A stretch of DNA of 64,000 nt from Calditrichia bacterium (GTDB taxonomy: Bacteria; Calditrichota; Calditrichia; JAJRVZ01): NCBI GenBank assembly GCA_963777955.1, contig CAVZSQ010000022.1:288001-352000 (forward strand), read 5' to 3'. Position 1 is the stretch's first letter. Each line of letters starts with the position of its first letter. The position numbers and the translations under genes are program-made. The notes under the pieces were generated by a model. The model worked only from the letters and a program-made list of their open reading frames with translations, was not told where the DNA came from and ran no database searches. Below are positions 35,532 to 46,266 of this stretch, piece after piece.

Positions 35532-36776
35532 TTACAATGAATCGGCCGGGAGAATGCCCAGATCCCTGTAAATGGGACGGATCAATCGGCGGATGGTGGG
35601 CAGTTTTCTATAAAACAAAATTGCTCCGGCTATGCAGACAATACCTCCGCAGCATACCGTCCAGGGGGCGCCTATCCTGCTGGCCAGCAGGCCGGCCAGT
35701 AAACTGCCTACGGGCGTCAGGCCCATAAAAGACATGGTATAAAAACTCATGATGCGGCCGCGCTTGTCATCCTCGACAATTGTCTGCAGCACCGTATTAC
35801 TGGCCGCCATCTGCATCATTTGTCCGGTGCCGATGAATAAAAGTACAATCAGTGAAAGTAAATATAGATGTGAAAAAGAGAAAATAATCAATCCCGATCC
35901 AAAAATCATGGCCGAGAACGGAATCAACCGGCCCAGTCCCAGCACGCTTCTTTTCGAGGCCAGGTATAAAGCACCCGCCAGGGCGCCGATACCGCTGCTG
36001 CCCATCAGGAAACCCAGGGCATCTGGCCCGCCCTGCAGGATGTCCCTGGCAAAAATAGGCATCAGCACGGTGTAAGGCATACCCATGATGCTGATTACCG
36101 CCAGCATCAGTAAAATGTACCGGATCGGAGCAAATCCCTTGGCGTAGCGGAATCCGGTCAGGAACTCTGACCAGATCCTGCTGCCGGGCGGTTTCGTGTT
36201 TTTAGGTATAATTTTCATTACTAGTAATGAAAGAATCACTGCCAGGTAACTCAGGGCGTTAAGCAGAAAGCAAATACCTTCACCGGCGATGACAATCAGT
36301 ATACCCGCCGCTGAAGGTCCTAACAGCCGTGCGCTGTTGACCATGGATGAATTGAGAGCGATAGCGTTACCCAGGTCTTGTTTTTCGTCGACCATCTCCA
36401 CCATAAAAGACTGGCGGATGGGCATATCAAAGGCATTGATGACTCCCAATAGCAGGCTCAGACCGATTATCTGCCAGATCCTGATCGTACCGCTCAGCAC
36501 CAGCGCGGCCAAAACAAAAGCCTGTACCATAGCAAAAATCTGAGTGAAAATGATAGCGCGGTGGCGATTCCAACGATCAGCAAATACACCGGCGAAGGGG
36601 CCCAGTAAAAAGATGGGAATTTGACTGGTGAATCCCACCAGTCCCAGCAGAAAAGCAGAATTGGTCAGGCGGTAGACCAGCCAGCCCAGGGCGATGCGCT
36701 GCATCCAGGTGCCGATCAGTGAGATACTCTGGCCGGCAAAAAACAGGCGGAAGTTGCGGTGACGCAGCGCGCGGAG
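35532..36776 (-). CDS. MFS transporter; native start missing, joined to an upstream fragment
   Basis: In-frame LRALRHRNFRLFFAGQSISLIGTWMQ upstream of the listed Met; GVFADRWNR, AFDMPIRQ, RGRIMSFY. An in-frame stop lies at 36786-36788. Confidence 0.88.
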   Translation of the reverse strand, partial: LRALRHRNFRLFFAGQSISLIGTWMQRIALGWLVYRLTNSAFLLGLVGFTSQIPIFLLGPFAGVFADRWNRHRAIIFTQIFAMVQAFVLAALVLSGTIRIWQIIGLSLLLGVINAFDMPIRQSFMVEMVDEKQDLGNAIALNSSMVNSARLLGPSAAGILIVIAGEGICFLLNALSYLAVILSLLVMKIIPKNTKPPGSRIWSEFLTGFRYAKGFAPIRYILLMLAVISIMGMPYTVLMPIFARDILQGGPDALGFLMGSSGIGALAGALYLASKRSVLGLGRLIPFSAMIFGSGLIIFSFSHLYLLSLIVLLFIGTGQMMQMAASNTVLQTIVEDDKRGRIMSFYTMSFMGLTPVGSLLAGLLASRIGAPWTVCCGGIVCIAGAILFYRKLPTIRRLIRPIYRDLGILPADSL

Positions 36777-37030
36777 CCGAAAACGTCATGATTACCGGCC
36801 ACTAAAGACATCCGCAGCGGATCGAGTAATTCATAACTTTTAAAAATGCTGCGGGCCAGCTCAAATTCTTTTACTCCTGCATCGGCGGTAATATCACCGC
36901 TGAGCAGAACGTGGTCGACATTGAGTCTGGACAGATATTCAAAAACCTCTTTGCTGTTCTTGATATTGGTACGGCCGTGTTTCGGACTGAGATGCAAATC
37001 CGATATATGGGCCAGGGTATACAAACTCAT
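36777..37030 (-). pseudogene. N-terminal fragment of a calcineurin-like metallophosphoesterase
   Basis: HISDLH, SGDIT and AGNHDVFG, then an abrupt switch into MFS sequence; the two C-terminal His motifs are absent. Confidence 0.82.
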
Positions 37031-37275
37031 CAGGCTACTTCCCTTTCTTCATTGGTATAATTCGATCTCTCCGCCTCGCGAATAACAGCTGAATAATCGG
37101 CAAACAGATTGTGAAAAATATGTTCCCAACTCTGTTGCCGGGCATAATCTAATGTCCGTTGAGCCATCCTCGATCTCAATTCTGGTTGATTGAGCAGGTA
37201 ATCGATCATTTCGGCCAGGTGCCGGGGATCACGAGGATTGGTCAACATGCCGGTGATTCCGGCCTGGATTATTCC
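37030..37275 (-). pseudogene. C-terminal fragment of a GT4-type glycosyltransferase
   Basis: IIQAGITGMLTNPRDPRHLAEMIDYLLNQPELRSRMAQ..ARQQSWEHI matches a GT-B C-terminal tail. Its stop overlaps the next ATG (TGATG); no room for the rest of the gene. Confidence 0.72.
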
Positions 37276-37329
37276 TTAATTCCTTTGAATCGTGATTCGT
37301 CTTCTTGTTTATTAGTCTCAGGTATTACT

Positions 37330-38243
37330 TTATTTGACAACGCGAACGGTAACCCTCCGGTTTTTAGCACGGCCGGTGATGGTAGCATTATCAGCAACCG
37401 GATTGGTAGCACCCAGACCGCTGGCGCTGAGCAGGGCAGAACCCACGCCGAGTTTGGTCAGGGCGGTCACCACAGATTTTGCCCGGTTCTCGGACAGCAG
37501 TTGATTGGCTTTAGCACCACCGCTATTATCGGTATGGCCTTCGATGACCAGTTTCAGGCCTGGATTTGCTTTAGAAAATTCAGCGATCTGTGTCAGTACC
37601 GGCTCGCTTTCAGAACGCAGTTGTGCCGAAGCGAAATCGAAGTAAAGGCCGTAGACGTCCACAAAGCCTTTATCTTTTAATTCAGCAGCCAGATTTTTAC
37701 TACGGCTGCCGTCATCGAATACACCCAGTTTACCTAATTCGGTATATTCGGGATTCCCGTAATTGCTGGTGATCACTATCTTGATCCAGCGTGCTTCCAA
37801 CGGTTCGAGGCGCACCAGTTGATTGTTTTTATTGCGTTCCAGTTGAAAACTGGCGACTGTTTTGAAACCTGCCGTAGCACTGCTGGTGGAAGTTTCCACG
37901 CGCAGGTCTTTAGCCGAGATTCCCGGCCAACCCTCTTCATCGGGAATATAATTATTGAAGATTAAAGTGGTCAACCATTCCTTCTTAGGCAATTCGATCA
38001 CCACCCAGTGCGGGAAGGCTGCTTCTGCCTCGGTACACCAGGTCGGCAGATTCTCCTGTAAACCTTCGGTTGGATCGATGAGACTGTTCACATCCCACAT
38101 TCCGCCGTAATTACTGCTGAAAGAAACAATCTTAGCCCCCGGGCCGAACTGGTCAAATTGGTTTGTTCCCCGGCCAGCAGAGGGCTGCTGATAAGAATTA
38201 TAAATAGCAAATATATAATGATGGTATTTCTGTGGGTTTTCAT
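37330..38243 (-). CDS. OmpA-family peptidoglycan-binding protein with N-terminal discoidin (F5/8 type C)-like domain; one indel near 38140
   Basis: LYFDFASA, IEGHTDNSG, NQLLSENRA, GRAKNRRV; PHWVVIEL and ARWIKIVI in the N-terminal part. GGAGG RBS and signal peptide start at 38243 in another frame. Confidence 0.87.
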
Positions 38244-38324
38244 AATATTCCTCCGCTGGTTTATCAGTATTATAATAAAACTGTTGTTCTTATTATATAA
38301 AAAATTGTTCCTGCGCCGTTATGA

Positions 38325-38450
38325 CCCTCCCCTGGCCCCTCCCTGTCGGTTAAGAGCCGTACAGGGAGGGGTAGGGGGTGGGTCATCGCCCTATTGCCTT
38401 TGTCCCTACGTTGTCCCTTTGTCTCCGAGCGCGATTCATCGCGCTCCTAC
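38325..38450 (-). repeat. Composite island: GTAG REP, GGGACAAA tract and CCCCTCCC hairpin element
   Basis: GTAGGAGCGCGATGAATCGCGCTC at 38450-38427; stem CCCCTCCCTGT (38336-38346) with ACAGGGAGGGG (38361-38371). Confidence 0.75.
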
Positions 38451-40438
38451 TCCAATCCATATACCGCCTGATTCCTGGGAAACTCCACCTGGTATTTGAG
38501 TGCTATCACTTTTTTCTCCCCCGGTTTTAATTTCAACTGCCATTCCAGTTTCTGCTCGTTGCCCAGTTCTTCTTTTTCTTTCCGGGGTTCCAGCAATTCC
38601 ACTTTGATATCCTCATTCATCGGGATTGGTAACTGATCATACAGCCAGATAACTTCCTCAGTCTGACGGTTATTGGTCAGGCGGAGTTCGTACTCATAAG
38701 TGATTTTTTTCCTGCCGCCGAACATACCTTTTGATTCGGTAAATTTATTGATCAGGATTTTCTCGGCGCGGATGCTCTCATCGATGCCCAGGGCGAGTTC
38801 GAGGGTATCGGTTGGAACGATGGTGTTCAGATAGGTGCGATTTACGAAATCGTTATCGACGAAGACGTTTATTTGTCCTTCCAGCAGGGGGTATGATTTA
38901 TTATTAATCACTTTGCCCTTTAAATAGACCTTGGGTAAAATCTTGGGGATGGCATTGTATTCAAATTCTATGGGCAGATCGTCGATGGCGATGGTGACCT
39001 TGTGCGGATCATTATCACTGGGTATCGTATTCTTGGTAGGCAATTCGAATACCGTGGACAATTCTTTGGCCTGCACATTGGTATATTTAGGTTTCTCAGG
39101 TGCTTGTTGTCTGAAGGCGCTTCTACTTGCCCTGTATTCCGACATGGAGGATGTTAAATCCTTTTGTACCAGGGCTCTATCGGAGGTGACCACAATTGCT
39201 TCAGATTCAACTGCAGCTGTTGATAGAGGTACGACCACATTAGCAATATTCTTTTCGATTACTTCCATCTGAATATCCACAGTTTGATATCCGATACTTA
39301 AAACCTGGAGACCATAATAACCATGTGGGACATTTATTATGGTAAATTTTCCGTTCAAATCTGTCGCCGCGCCTAAAGTAGTACCTTTTAAAATTGCGTT
39401 TACACCAGGTAAGGGATCTCCAGTTTCCCGATCAGTTACATATCCTGAAATGCTACCTTTGCCTCGGGGTAATCCGTAATTCTGATCATAGGTGACCGGA
39501 TAATCCGAACTGCCCGAGACTGCAAGTCTTCCTTCAGCAGGTGGCGGAGGCAATGGCTGGATATCCAGGTACCAGCTGCTGAGTTCGGGCAATGATTTTA
39601 CTGTCAGCGGATCTGCGGTCGAAAAAATTAATTTCACATCATTCCAATCCTCGCCGGTGGATTGCTGCATCACCCCGGTGTAAGTAAGTTCCAATTGCTT
39701 TGACTTTGAGGAGACCCGGGCATCGTAGGCCGGATACCAGCCTGGCGCTGCCTACCAGGTAGGATGGTTGCAGTTTTATTTTACCGGCTTCGCTGTTATC
39801 GATCTTGACGATGATCTCTTTATAATCCTTGCTCTTATTGCTCTGGGCCTGGCCGAGGGTCTGCTGCAGGCTGCGGATCTCCTGCTCCAGATTTCATGTT
39901 TCTTTAAATTTTGCTCACGCAGTCCGTTGAATATCTCATTCAGGTTGGTATCCACAAATCGCAGCATCTCCCCCCAGTTTTTAGGCGAAGCTGCAGGCTG
40001 CAGCATATTCTCATTTGCACTCTTGATTGATTCGGCCTTGAGAGCTTCCACGAACTGTTTTTTACTTTCCAAAACTGTAATTTTATCGTTGGTGGCCTGT
40101 AATTGTGCTGCCAAGGTATTGATCTGTTTTTGCAGGTCACGAGTGCGCTCTTCCTGTATCCGGGTGGTAAAACGTCGTTCTACTTTTACATCCAGGATCT
40201 TGACCACTCCGGCTCCCGTGGCTTGCAGACGCACCGATTCGTCCTGCAGGTCGCTGGTCAGATTGGAGAAAATAATGGTATGTTCACCCTTGGCCAGGGT
40301 TTGTTCGGCTTCGCGGGTGATCATGGCCCGGTCTTTGAATACCGTGGCGGCGACTACTTTGGATTCGACTTTTTGTCCCTCCTGGGCGTAACTCGTGCCC
40401 AGTAAAGTCATAATTAATATTAAACATAACCATTTCAT
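38447..40438 (-). CDS. DUF4140/DUF4139 (mucoidy inhibitor MuiA-like) protein with an inserted carboxypeptidase-regulatory-like domain; indels near 39730-39890
   Basis: ATVFKDRAMITR, WYPAYDAR, QSTGEDWNDVKL..STADP, IPSDNDPHK, LLEGQINVF, LGIDE, DQLP. Confidence 0.88.
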
Positions 40439-40621
40439 ATAAATCCTTTCTTTATATGATAAAGTTCTTAATACTAATGATGATACAGTCTTATGATTTT
40501 GCGGAGATGTACTGAATAATATATTGAATAATGTAAAGATTAGTAAATAAAATATCCAAACTTTTATTTTTCTGTTTTTCCGGATCCCATTCCCGTCAGA
40601 GTCCTTTTGATTTTTTTTCCA

Positions 40622-42053
40622 CTAGCGCAATCGGCGGTCAAAGTAATATCGCAGGCCAACTCCGAAATTCCAGGATTTTCCATCTTTGTAATAATCTGTA
40701 TAATATAAATCTGAGTGGTCATATAAAAGCAGGTTATCAGAAAAGTCTATACCGTTGAGTCAAGCCTGCATTTGAGTAGATTGAAAGATTATTCTCGATA
40801 AAATAATCCAGGGTAACTTCGGCCAAGTATTGATCCATTCTTGCCCACCTCGGAAAAGTTGAATGTTCGTCAACATTACTATGACCAAACAAGGATTCAA
40901 TACCCAGATTAAATTCTAATAAAGTTCTGTCCATGACATTGTAAAGATTTACAACATGCAATAAGACTCGCCCTACGTGATCGGTCATGGTATTTTTATT
41001 CACGGCCTTTCGGAAAGAACCGTTAAACAGAACCCCGATTTGATAATTCAAAGTTGGATTGTGATAATAAGTTCCATTTAAATATACGCCTAATAAAAAT
41101 TGTTCCTGACCGGAAATGCCATGCTGAGGAATATTCTTATTATACTCCATCATTAAACCCAGGTTTGAATCAAAGCCCTGATAGCGTTCTCCGATTATTT
41201 CCTGACTGACATCGGTTAGATATAAGAATTGCCACGGACTTAAATTTTTAATGGTGTTCTTTATGGAATTAGGCAACATGGCATAGAAATATTTTTGTGA
41301 TCGATCATAAGTCGAGATAAATCCATACTCTTTTGTGTAAAGTTCAGATAGTGTCATAATATCTGTTTCACTAAGATCATTTTTACCGGTCAATAACGAC
41401 AAACGCTCATTAAAACGCATAGCTCTGATAATGGGAGTTATATTTCTCAATCGACCCAATCCAATTCCCAAATTCAGCTGGGTATTATAATTGCGCGAAA
41501 TTGAAATATTTTTGAATACCACAGTAAGATTACCATTTGAATTGCTTCGTTTTGAAGAGTACTTGGAATCACTATATTGAAAGTAGTGGTCAGATGCAAA
41601 GTGCAAATACAGCAAGTCGTTGAAATATCTTTTGCTGGAATTCCCCAACATCAATCTGAAATCTGCTCTTTTATCTGTCGTTAACGAAATAACACTGGTG
41701 TTCTGTTTGTGTTGCTGATATGAGTATCCGTTATTAATCTTAATGTACTGGGAACAGATTTTTTTCTCACTTTCAGAATATCTGCTGTATGATGGTAAAA
41801 GTTGATATGAATAATTTTCAGAACTATTTGATAGGTCTTCAGCATTATAGTGGTAGCCATGCCCATCCGTTTCAAAATCAATCAGTGCTATTGCGTATCC
41901 CCACTCCGGCAGGCGGTAATCATATAGCATATGTTTGTATTGAGAATTAATACCGCTGCCGAATTTAAACAGAGTATCCACTGAAGCATCATCCTGAGCC
42001 AGGAGCATCAGAGGATATAACATAACCAAAATTGTAAAAGTAGCAGTTTTCAT
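40622..42053 (-). CDS. Hypothetical outer-membrane beta-barrel protein; indel near 40740
   Basis: GGAGG RBS and signal peptide. The continuation frame reads SWNFGVGLRYYFDRRLR* (beta-signal-like) ending at 40622. AT-rich. Confidence 0.7.
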
Positions 42054-42371
42054 TTGATCCCTCCTATTTATTTAAGGTCAATCTGGAAAATTTGTCATGA
42101 CCATACTCCAGATTAAAATACCCGTATTTAAAATGTGCTAAGGATTTGTATGTTTTAAAGATAACTTATAAGTGTATCTATTAAGCGCGATTAGACTGTC
42201 TGATTTTATTTTAAGATAGATAAGAATCTAGTCTATATTATATTCAGAAGCAAAAATCTTGCCAAGAGAATAAGAGCGAAATATAGGAGAAATATCGAGT
42301 TATTTTGCTATTAGAAAGGTTAACAATGTAAACAACGTTTACATATGTGTACGAGGGTTACATATATTTGT

Positions 42372-43055
42372 TTACAGGGATTTTTTATAACTAATTGATA
42401 CGCCTCCACCTTTATTGTCCACAATCGTTTCCCAACCGGGTAATTTCTTAACATAGTTATAGAATTCCGCAGTACCGCTGAAGCCGAATTCACTTTTAGT
42501 TTTGCCGGAGACATTATGAGCTGTGTAACAACCACCAACCTGAATGTTCGGACTAACATCTGTAAAATAATTTTTATACCACTCTTTGTCTGCATCACAG
42601 AATACAAAATCAAAAGGACCTTTCAATTCTTTGACTGATTTATGGGCATCGGCTAGCCGGGCATCAATGAATTCACTCAAACCGGCTGCTTTAAAATTGG
42701 TTACTGCTTCATCATGCCGTTCCTGGTCTATTTCTATAGTAATCAGTTTTCCCCCGGTCTTACTAAGGGCCCAGGCGATCCAGATGGACGAATGCCCGGT
42801 GGAGGTTCCGATCTCCAGGGCGCTTTTATAATTATTCTTGATGATCAGGTCATATAATAATCTGCCATCCGTTTCCGGTACGTTCATGTCCCGCCAGGTA
42901 CCGCGATGCGTATCCAGAAAAGACTGCACCTGCTGATCGAGATCGGATTTCTTGTCTTTTTTCTCTTTATCCTGTGAAAACATTACCGATCCGACAGAAA
43001 ATAAAATAAAACTTAACAGAAAAATATGTCCGGAAGTTGAAAAACTCAATAGCAT
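42372..43055 (-). CDS. Predicted O-methyltransferase (YrrM/caffeoyl-CoA OMT-like) with N-terminal signal peptide
   Basis: LEIGTSTGHS, ITIEID, FDFVFCDADK, AHNV. Confidence 0.9.
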   Translation of the reverse strand: MLLSFSTSGHIFLLSFILFSVGSVMFSQDKEKKDKKSDLDQQVQSFLDTHRGTWRDMNVPETDGRLLYDLIIKNNYKSALEIGTSTGHSSIWIAWALSKTGGKLITIEIDQERHDEAVTNFKAAGLSEFIDARLADAHKSVKELKGPFDFVFCDADKEWYKNYFTDVSPNIQVGGCYTAHNVSGKTKSEFGFSGTAEFYNYVKKLPGWETIVDNKGGGVSISYKKSL

Positions 43056-43350
43056 TATTACTCCATATCAACTGCCTAATTACCCTGTTTCATCATAATA
43101 AGAATTATAAAATTATTATCTAAGGCGATGCATACGTTGTGGTAACATTGTTGAAATTAGTGCACATATTTTATATACTCAATTTAATATTTTCGCCTCC
43201 GGCGACCTACTTTTTGTCTGGCCAAAAAGTAGGCAAAAAGCCCTTCGCGAATGGAAAATATGTTCTTGGTATCGAGATATGCAATTCTACCCATCAACAT
43301 TGTTAATAAATTATAAGGTCTGCATTAAAAATAAAATTCTCGGATGATAT

Positions 43351-43617
43351 TTAATTGGTTTTTTCTGTTAGTTTTGCCGTAAGTAAATTATAAATCCAGG
43401 CAAAAATGAAGCCGGTGATCAAACCGTCGAAAAATCCCCAAACCAATCCGATCAAACCACCACTGATGCTTAAATTGTAACCCCGGTAAATTTTACCAAT
43501 TAAGGTTGTCTGACCGGTCGGTCCATCTAACAGAATAATCCACCAGGTGAGCATCAAAAGTCCAAAGCCCCACAGCAGTCCGCAGGTAAGGGCAAAAGCT
43601 TTTACGTTTAATTTCAT
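43351..43617 (-). CDS. Small two-TM membrane protein (family often auto-annotated as bacteriophage holin)
   Basis: 88 aa, AGGAG RBS, MKLNVKAFALTCGLLWG...YRGY...GLVWGFFDG...WIYN. The family label is from recall, not a search. Confidence 0.7.
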   Translation of the reverse strand: MKLNVKAFALTCGLLWGFGLLMLTWWIILLDGPTGQTTLIGKIYRGYNLSISGGLIGLVWGFFDGLITGFIFAWIYNLLTAKLTEKTN

Positions 43618-43776
43618 GGCTGAGCTCCTTTGTGTTGATTTTACTGAGAGTCTATATATGGATAAGAAGACAAGTATTGTTCATAGCAAGCTTCAATAAT
43701 ATCGTATATATTTTCTGCCGAAAAAAGGAAAATAATTAGTTCCGTGATGACTTATCGACTGTTGATGAGTAAATTG

Positions 43777-43811
43777 ACCACCTCCGAGGTTTGTAGAACC
43801 TCGGAGGTGGT
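43777..43811. repeat. Palindrome with 15-bp arms upstream of recQ
   Basis: ACCACCTCCGAGGTT-tgtag-AACCTCGGAGGTGGT. Confidence 0.88.
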
Positions 43812-43842
43812 TGGTGCCTCAGTGCCATTAGTCCAACTGTAT

Positions 43843-45318
43843 ATGCAAAATCATATTGATATACTAAAAAAATACTTCTCCTTCACCTCCTACCGCGGGC
43901 CGCAGCAGGAGATCATCGAGCGTACTTTGCAAGGCAAGCATTCCCTGGTGATCATGCCCACGGGATCCGGAAAATCCCTGATCTACCAGATCCCGGCGTT
44001 ATTGCTTGAAGATCTGACCATTGTGATCTCACCCCTGATTGCCCTGATGAAAGATCAGGTGGATGTATTACGTCAGCGGGATATTGCGGCGGCTTTCGTC
44101 AATTCTTCACTTTCCAAGGAGCAGCGCTTGCGCCGTTACCGGGAGATACGGGAAGGCAAATATAAATTATTGTATGTAACTCCGGAGCGATTCCGGAAAT
44201 CTGATTTTGTAGAGGTGTTGCAGCAGCGCAAAATTTCATTACTGGCGGTGGACGAAGCACATTGCATCAGTGAATGGGGACACGATTTTCGTCCCGACTA
44301 TACCCGGCTGAGGGAATTCCGCCGGTTAATGCATGATCCTCCCACCCTGGCTCTCACGGCCACGGCAACTCCGGATGTGCAGCGGGATATCATCAAGCAA
44401 CTCGGCCTGTCACCCCGGGAAGTAAAATTATTTCACGAGGGCATCGAACGCGCTAATCTTTTCCTGGAAGTATTCGATCTGTGGGGGGAGCAGGAAAAAT
44501 TGAAACATATCCTGGATATCCTGGAACGGCATCCCGGAAATGGAATCATCTATTTTGTATTAATTAAAGATCTGCTGGTTATGAGTGAACATTTAAATCG
44601 TAGAAAAATTCGTCATTTGCGTTATCACGGTGATCTTCATGCCGAAGAACGGCGGCGCATCCAGGATAAATTCATGCAGCAGCAGGGGCAACTGGTGCTG
44701 GCCACCAATGCCTTCGGTCTGGGCATAGACAAGGAAAATATCCGTTATGTCATCCACAGCCAGGTACCGGCATCGCTGGAAGCATATTATCAGGAAATCG
44801 GACGGGCCGGACGGGATGGGCAACCTGCTGTCTGCAGTTTGTTGTATGATCAGCAGGATCTGAATATCCAACTCGAATTCATCAAGTGGAATAATCCTTC
44901 GGCCGGTTTTTATGACCGTCTGTACAAGTTGCTGCTGGCGGAGCGGGAGCGGGTTAACGGCGAGGGGATCGAATTTATGAGGGAACAACTCACTTTTAAA
45001 AATAAATTTGATTTCCGCTTGGAAACCGCACTGGGTATTCTGGACCGTTACGGAGTAACGGAAGGAGATATCGAAGCTAAAGATCTGCAGCTGATTGCTG
45101 AACTCCCTGAGGAATTAGCGGATCAGAGTCATCTGGACCTGAAACTGAAAAACGAACAGCAGAAATTATATCAACTGGTACAGTATGTAAAAGAGAAAAA
45201 TTGCCGCAAGGCATTTATTCATAAATATTTTGGCCTGGAATATCGGGTTGAATGCTCCAGTTGCGATTGCCATCAGTCCCACCTCGGAGGTTCGGAAAAC
45301 CTCCGAGGTGATAAGTAA
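43843..45318 (+). CDS. recQ: RecQ-family ATP-dependent DNA helicase (short form, no HRDC)
   Basis: MPTGSGKS, DEAHCISEWGHDFRPDY, TATA, ATNAFGLGIDK, QEIGRAGRDG, C-terminal Zn site CR..C..CD. The likely start is ATG 43843; the longer ORF start crosses a palindrome. Confidence 0.94.
   Translation: MQNHIDILKKYFSFTSYRGPQQEIIERTLQGKHSLVIMPTGSGKSLIYQIPALLLEDLTIVISPLIALMKDQVDVLRQRDIAAAFVNSSLSKEQRLRRYREIREGKYKLLYVTPERFRKSDFVEVLQQRKISLLAVDEAHCISEWGHDFRPDYTRLREFRRLMHDPPTLALTATATPDVQRDIIKQLGLSPREVKLFHEGIERANLFLEVFDLWGEQEKLKHILDILERHPGNGIIYFVLIKDLLVMSEHLNRRKIRHLRYHGDLHAEERRRIQDKFMQQQGQLVLATNAFGLGIDKENIRYVIHSQVPASLEAYYQEIGRAGRDGQPAVCSLLYDQQDLNIQLEFIKWNNPSAGFYDRLYKLLLAERERVNGEGIEFMREQLTFKNKFDFRLETALGILDRYGVTEGDIEAKDLQLIAELPEELADQSHLDLKLKNEQQKLYQLVQYVKEKNCRKAFIHKYFGLEYRVECSSCDCHQSHLGGSENLRGDK
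45280..45310. repeat. Palindrome with 13-bp arms inside the recQ 3' end
   Basis: CACCTCGGAGGTT-cggaa-AACCTCCGAGGTG. Confidence 0.88.
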
Positions 45319-45396
45319 AAATTTGCTGTAAATAAATCAAATACTTAAATTTTATATAGTTACAAATGATATCCCTTAAGCTCTTTTGTAGAAAAT

Positions 45397-46155
45397 ATGC
45401 CAAATAATACCTCCCCAAAAATTAATTTGTCCAATCCGCTTGAGACTTCTCCCGGACCATCACGTGATAAGGTCTGGCTGATGTTCGATCGTATCGCCGG
45501 GAAATATGATTTACTTAATCACCTGTTGTCCTTTGGTCTGGATCTGCACTGGCGGAAAAAAATGTCCTGCTTCCTGCCGGCCGGAAATGGATTATCTTTT
45601 CTGGATCTGGCCACCGGCACTGGAGACCAGTTGATCTCCATCATGAATAGAACTGACCGTATACTCCAGGCTGTCGGCGTAGACATGTCCGCACAAATGC
45701 TGGAGATCGCCGGGAAGAAAATAAAGAAGTATAACTGGCACACTAAGGTGCACCTTCAATCGGGAGAAGGGGGTAAAATTGATTTTCCAGATAACACCTT
45801 TGATGTTGTGACGATAAGCTTCGGCATCAGGAACTTTAGCGATCTGCAACTCTCCTTAAGCGAAATATGGCGGGTTTTAAAACCGGCCGGGCGTCTGCTG
45901 ATCCTCGAATTTTCATTACCGCAGAATCCCGTCTTGCGCCGGCTGCATCTGTTCTATCTGCGCAGGATCTTGCCCTGCATTGGCCGGACAATTTCCGGCG
46001 ATGATTACGCCTATCGCTATCTGAACGAAACTATTGAAACTTTTCCGTACGGCGATTCGTTTTGTTCCCTGCTGAGCAAAAGTGGTTTTGCACAGGTTGA
46101 GGCCAAGGCATTGACCGGCGGGATTGTGATGATTTATCAGGGGGAGAAGGGGTAA
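45397..46155 (+). CDS. menG: Demethylmenaquinone methyltransferase (UbiE/MenG)
   Basis: MFDRIAGKYDLLNHLLSFG, LDLATGTGD, ISFGIRN, AYRYLNETI; leads the men cluster. Confidence 0.94.
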   Translation: MPNNTSPKINLSNPLETSPGPSRDKVWLMFDRIAGKYDLLNHLLSFGLDLHWRKKMSCFLPAGNGLSFLDLATGTGDQLISIMNRTDRILQAVGVDMSAQMLEIAGKKIKKYNWHTKVHLQSGEGGKIDFPDNTFDVVTISFGIRNFSDLQLSLSEIWRVLKPAGRLLILEFSLPQNPVLRRLHLFYLRRILPCIGRTISGDDYAYRYLNETIETFPYGDSFCSLLSKSGFAQVEAKALTGGIVMIYQGEKG

Positions 46156-46239
46156 AAAGAAGGCACAGAGGCGCAAAGGCACAAAGTGAGGGTAAAGGGA
46201 AAAGGGTAAAGGGTCGTAGGAGGCGCTTCCTAGCGCCGA
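46141..46239 (+). repeat. Composite island: 8-nt tract, 7-nt tract and GTAG REP, 3' of menG
   Basis: GGCACAGA-GGCGCAAA-GGCACAAA; GGGTAAA-GGGAAAA-GGGTAAA; GTAGGAGGCGCTTCCTAGCGCCGA at 46216. Confidence 0.7.
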
Positions 46240-46266
46240 TATAATTAAAAGGTTTACAACATACTC

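Noticed and set aside
43206..43233. Hairpin CCTACTTTTTG..CAAAAAGTAGG as a distinct element
   Set aside because: Single copy in the window; cannot be distinguished from a terminator of the upstream membrane-protein gene.
43351..43617. Prophage lysis module
   Set aside because: No endolysin, integrase or structural phage genes nearby; the neighbours are housekeeping genes.
43744..43842. N-terminal extension of RecQ from the ORF track
   Set aside because: It reads through the upstream palindrome (TTSEVCRTSEVV); RecQ-like sequence begins at ATG 43843.
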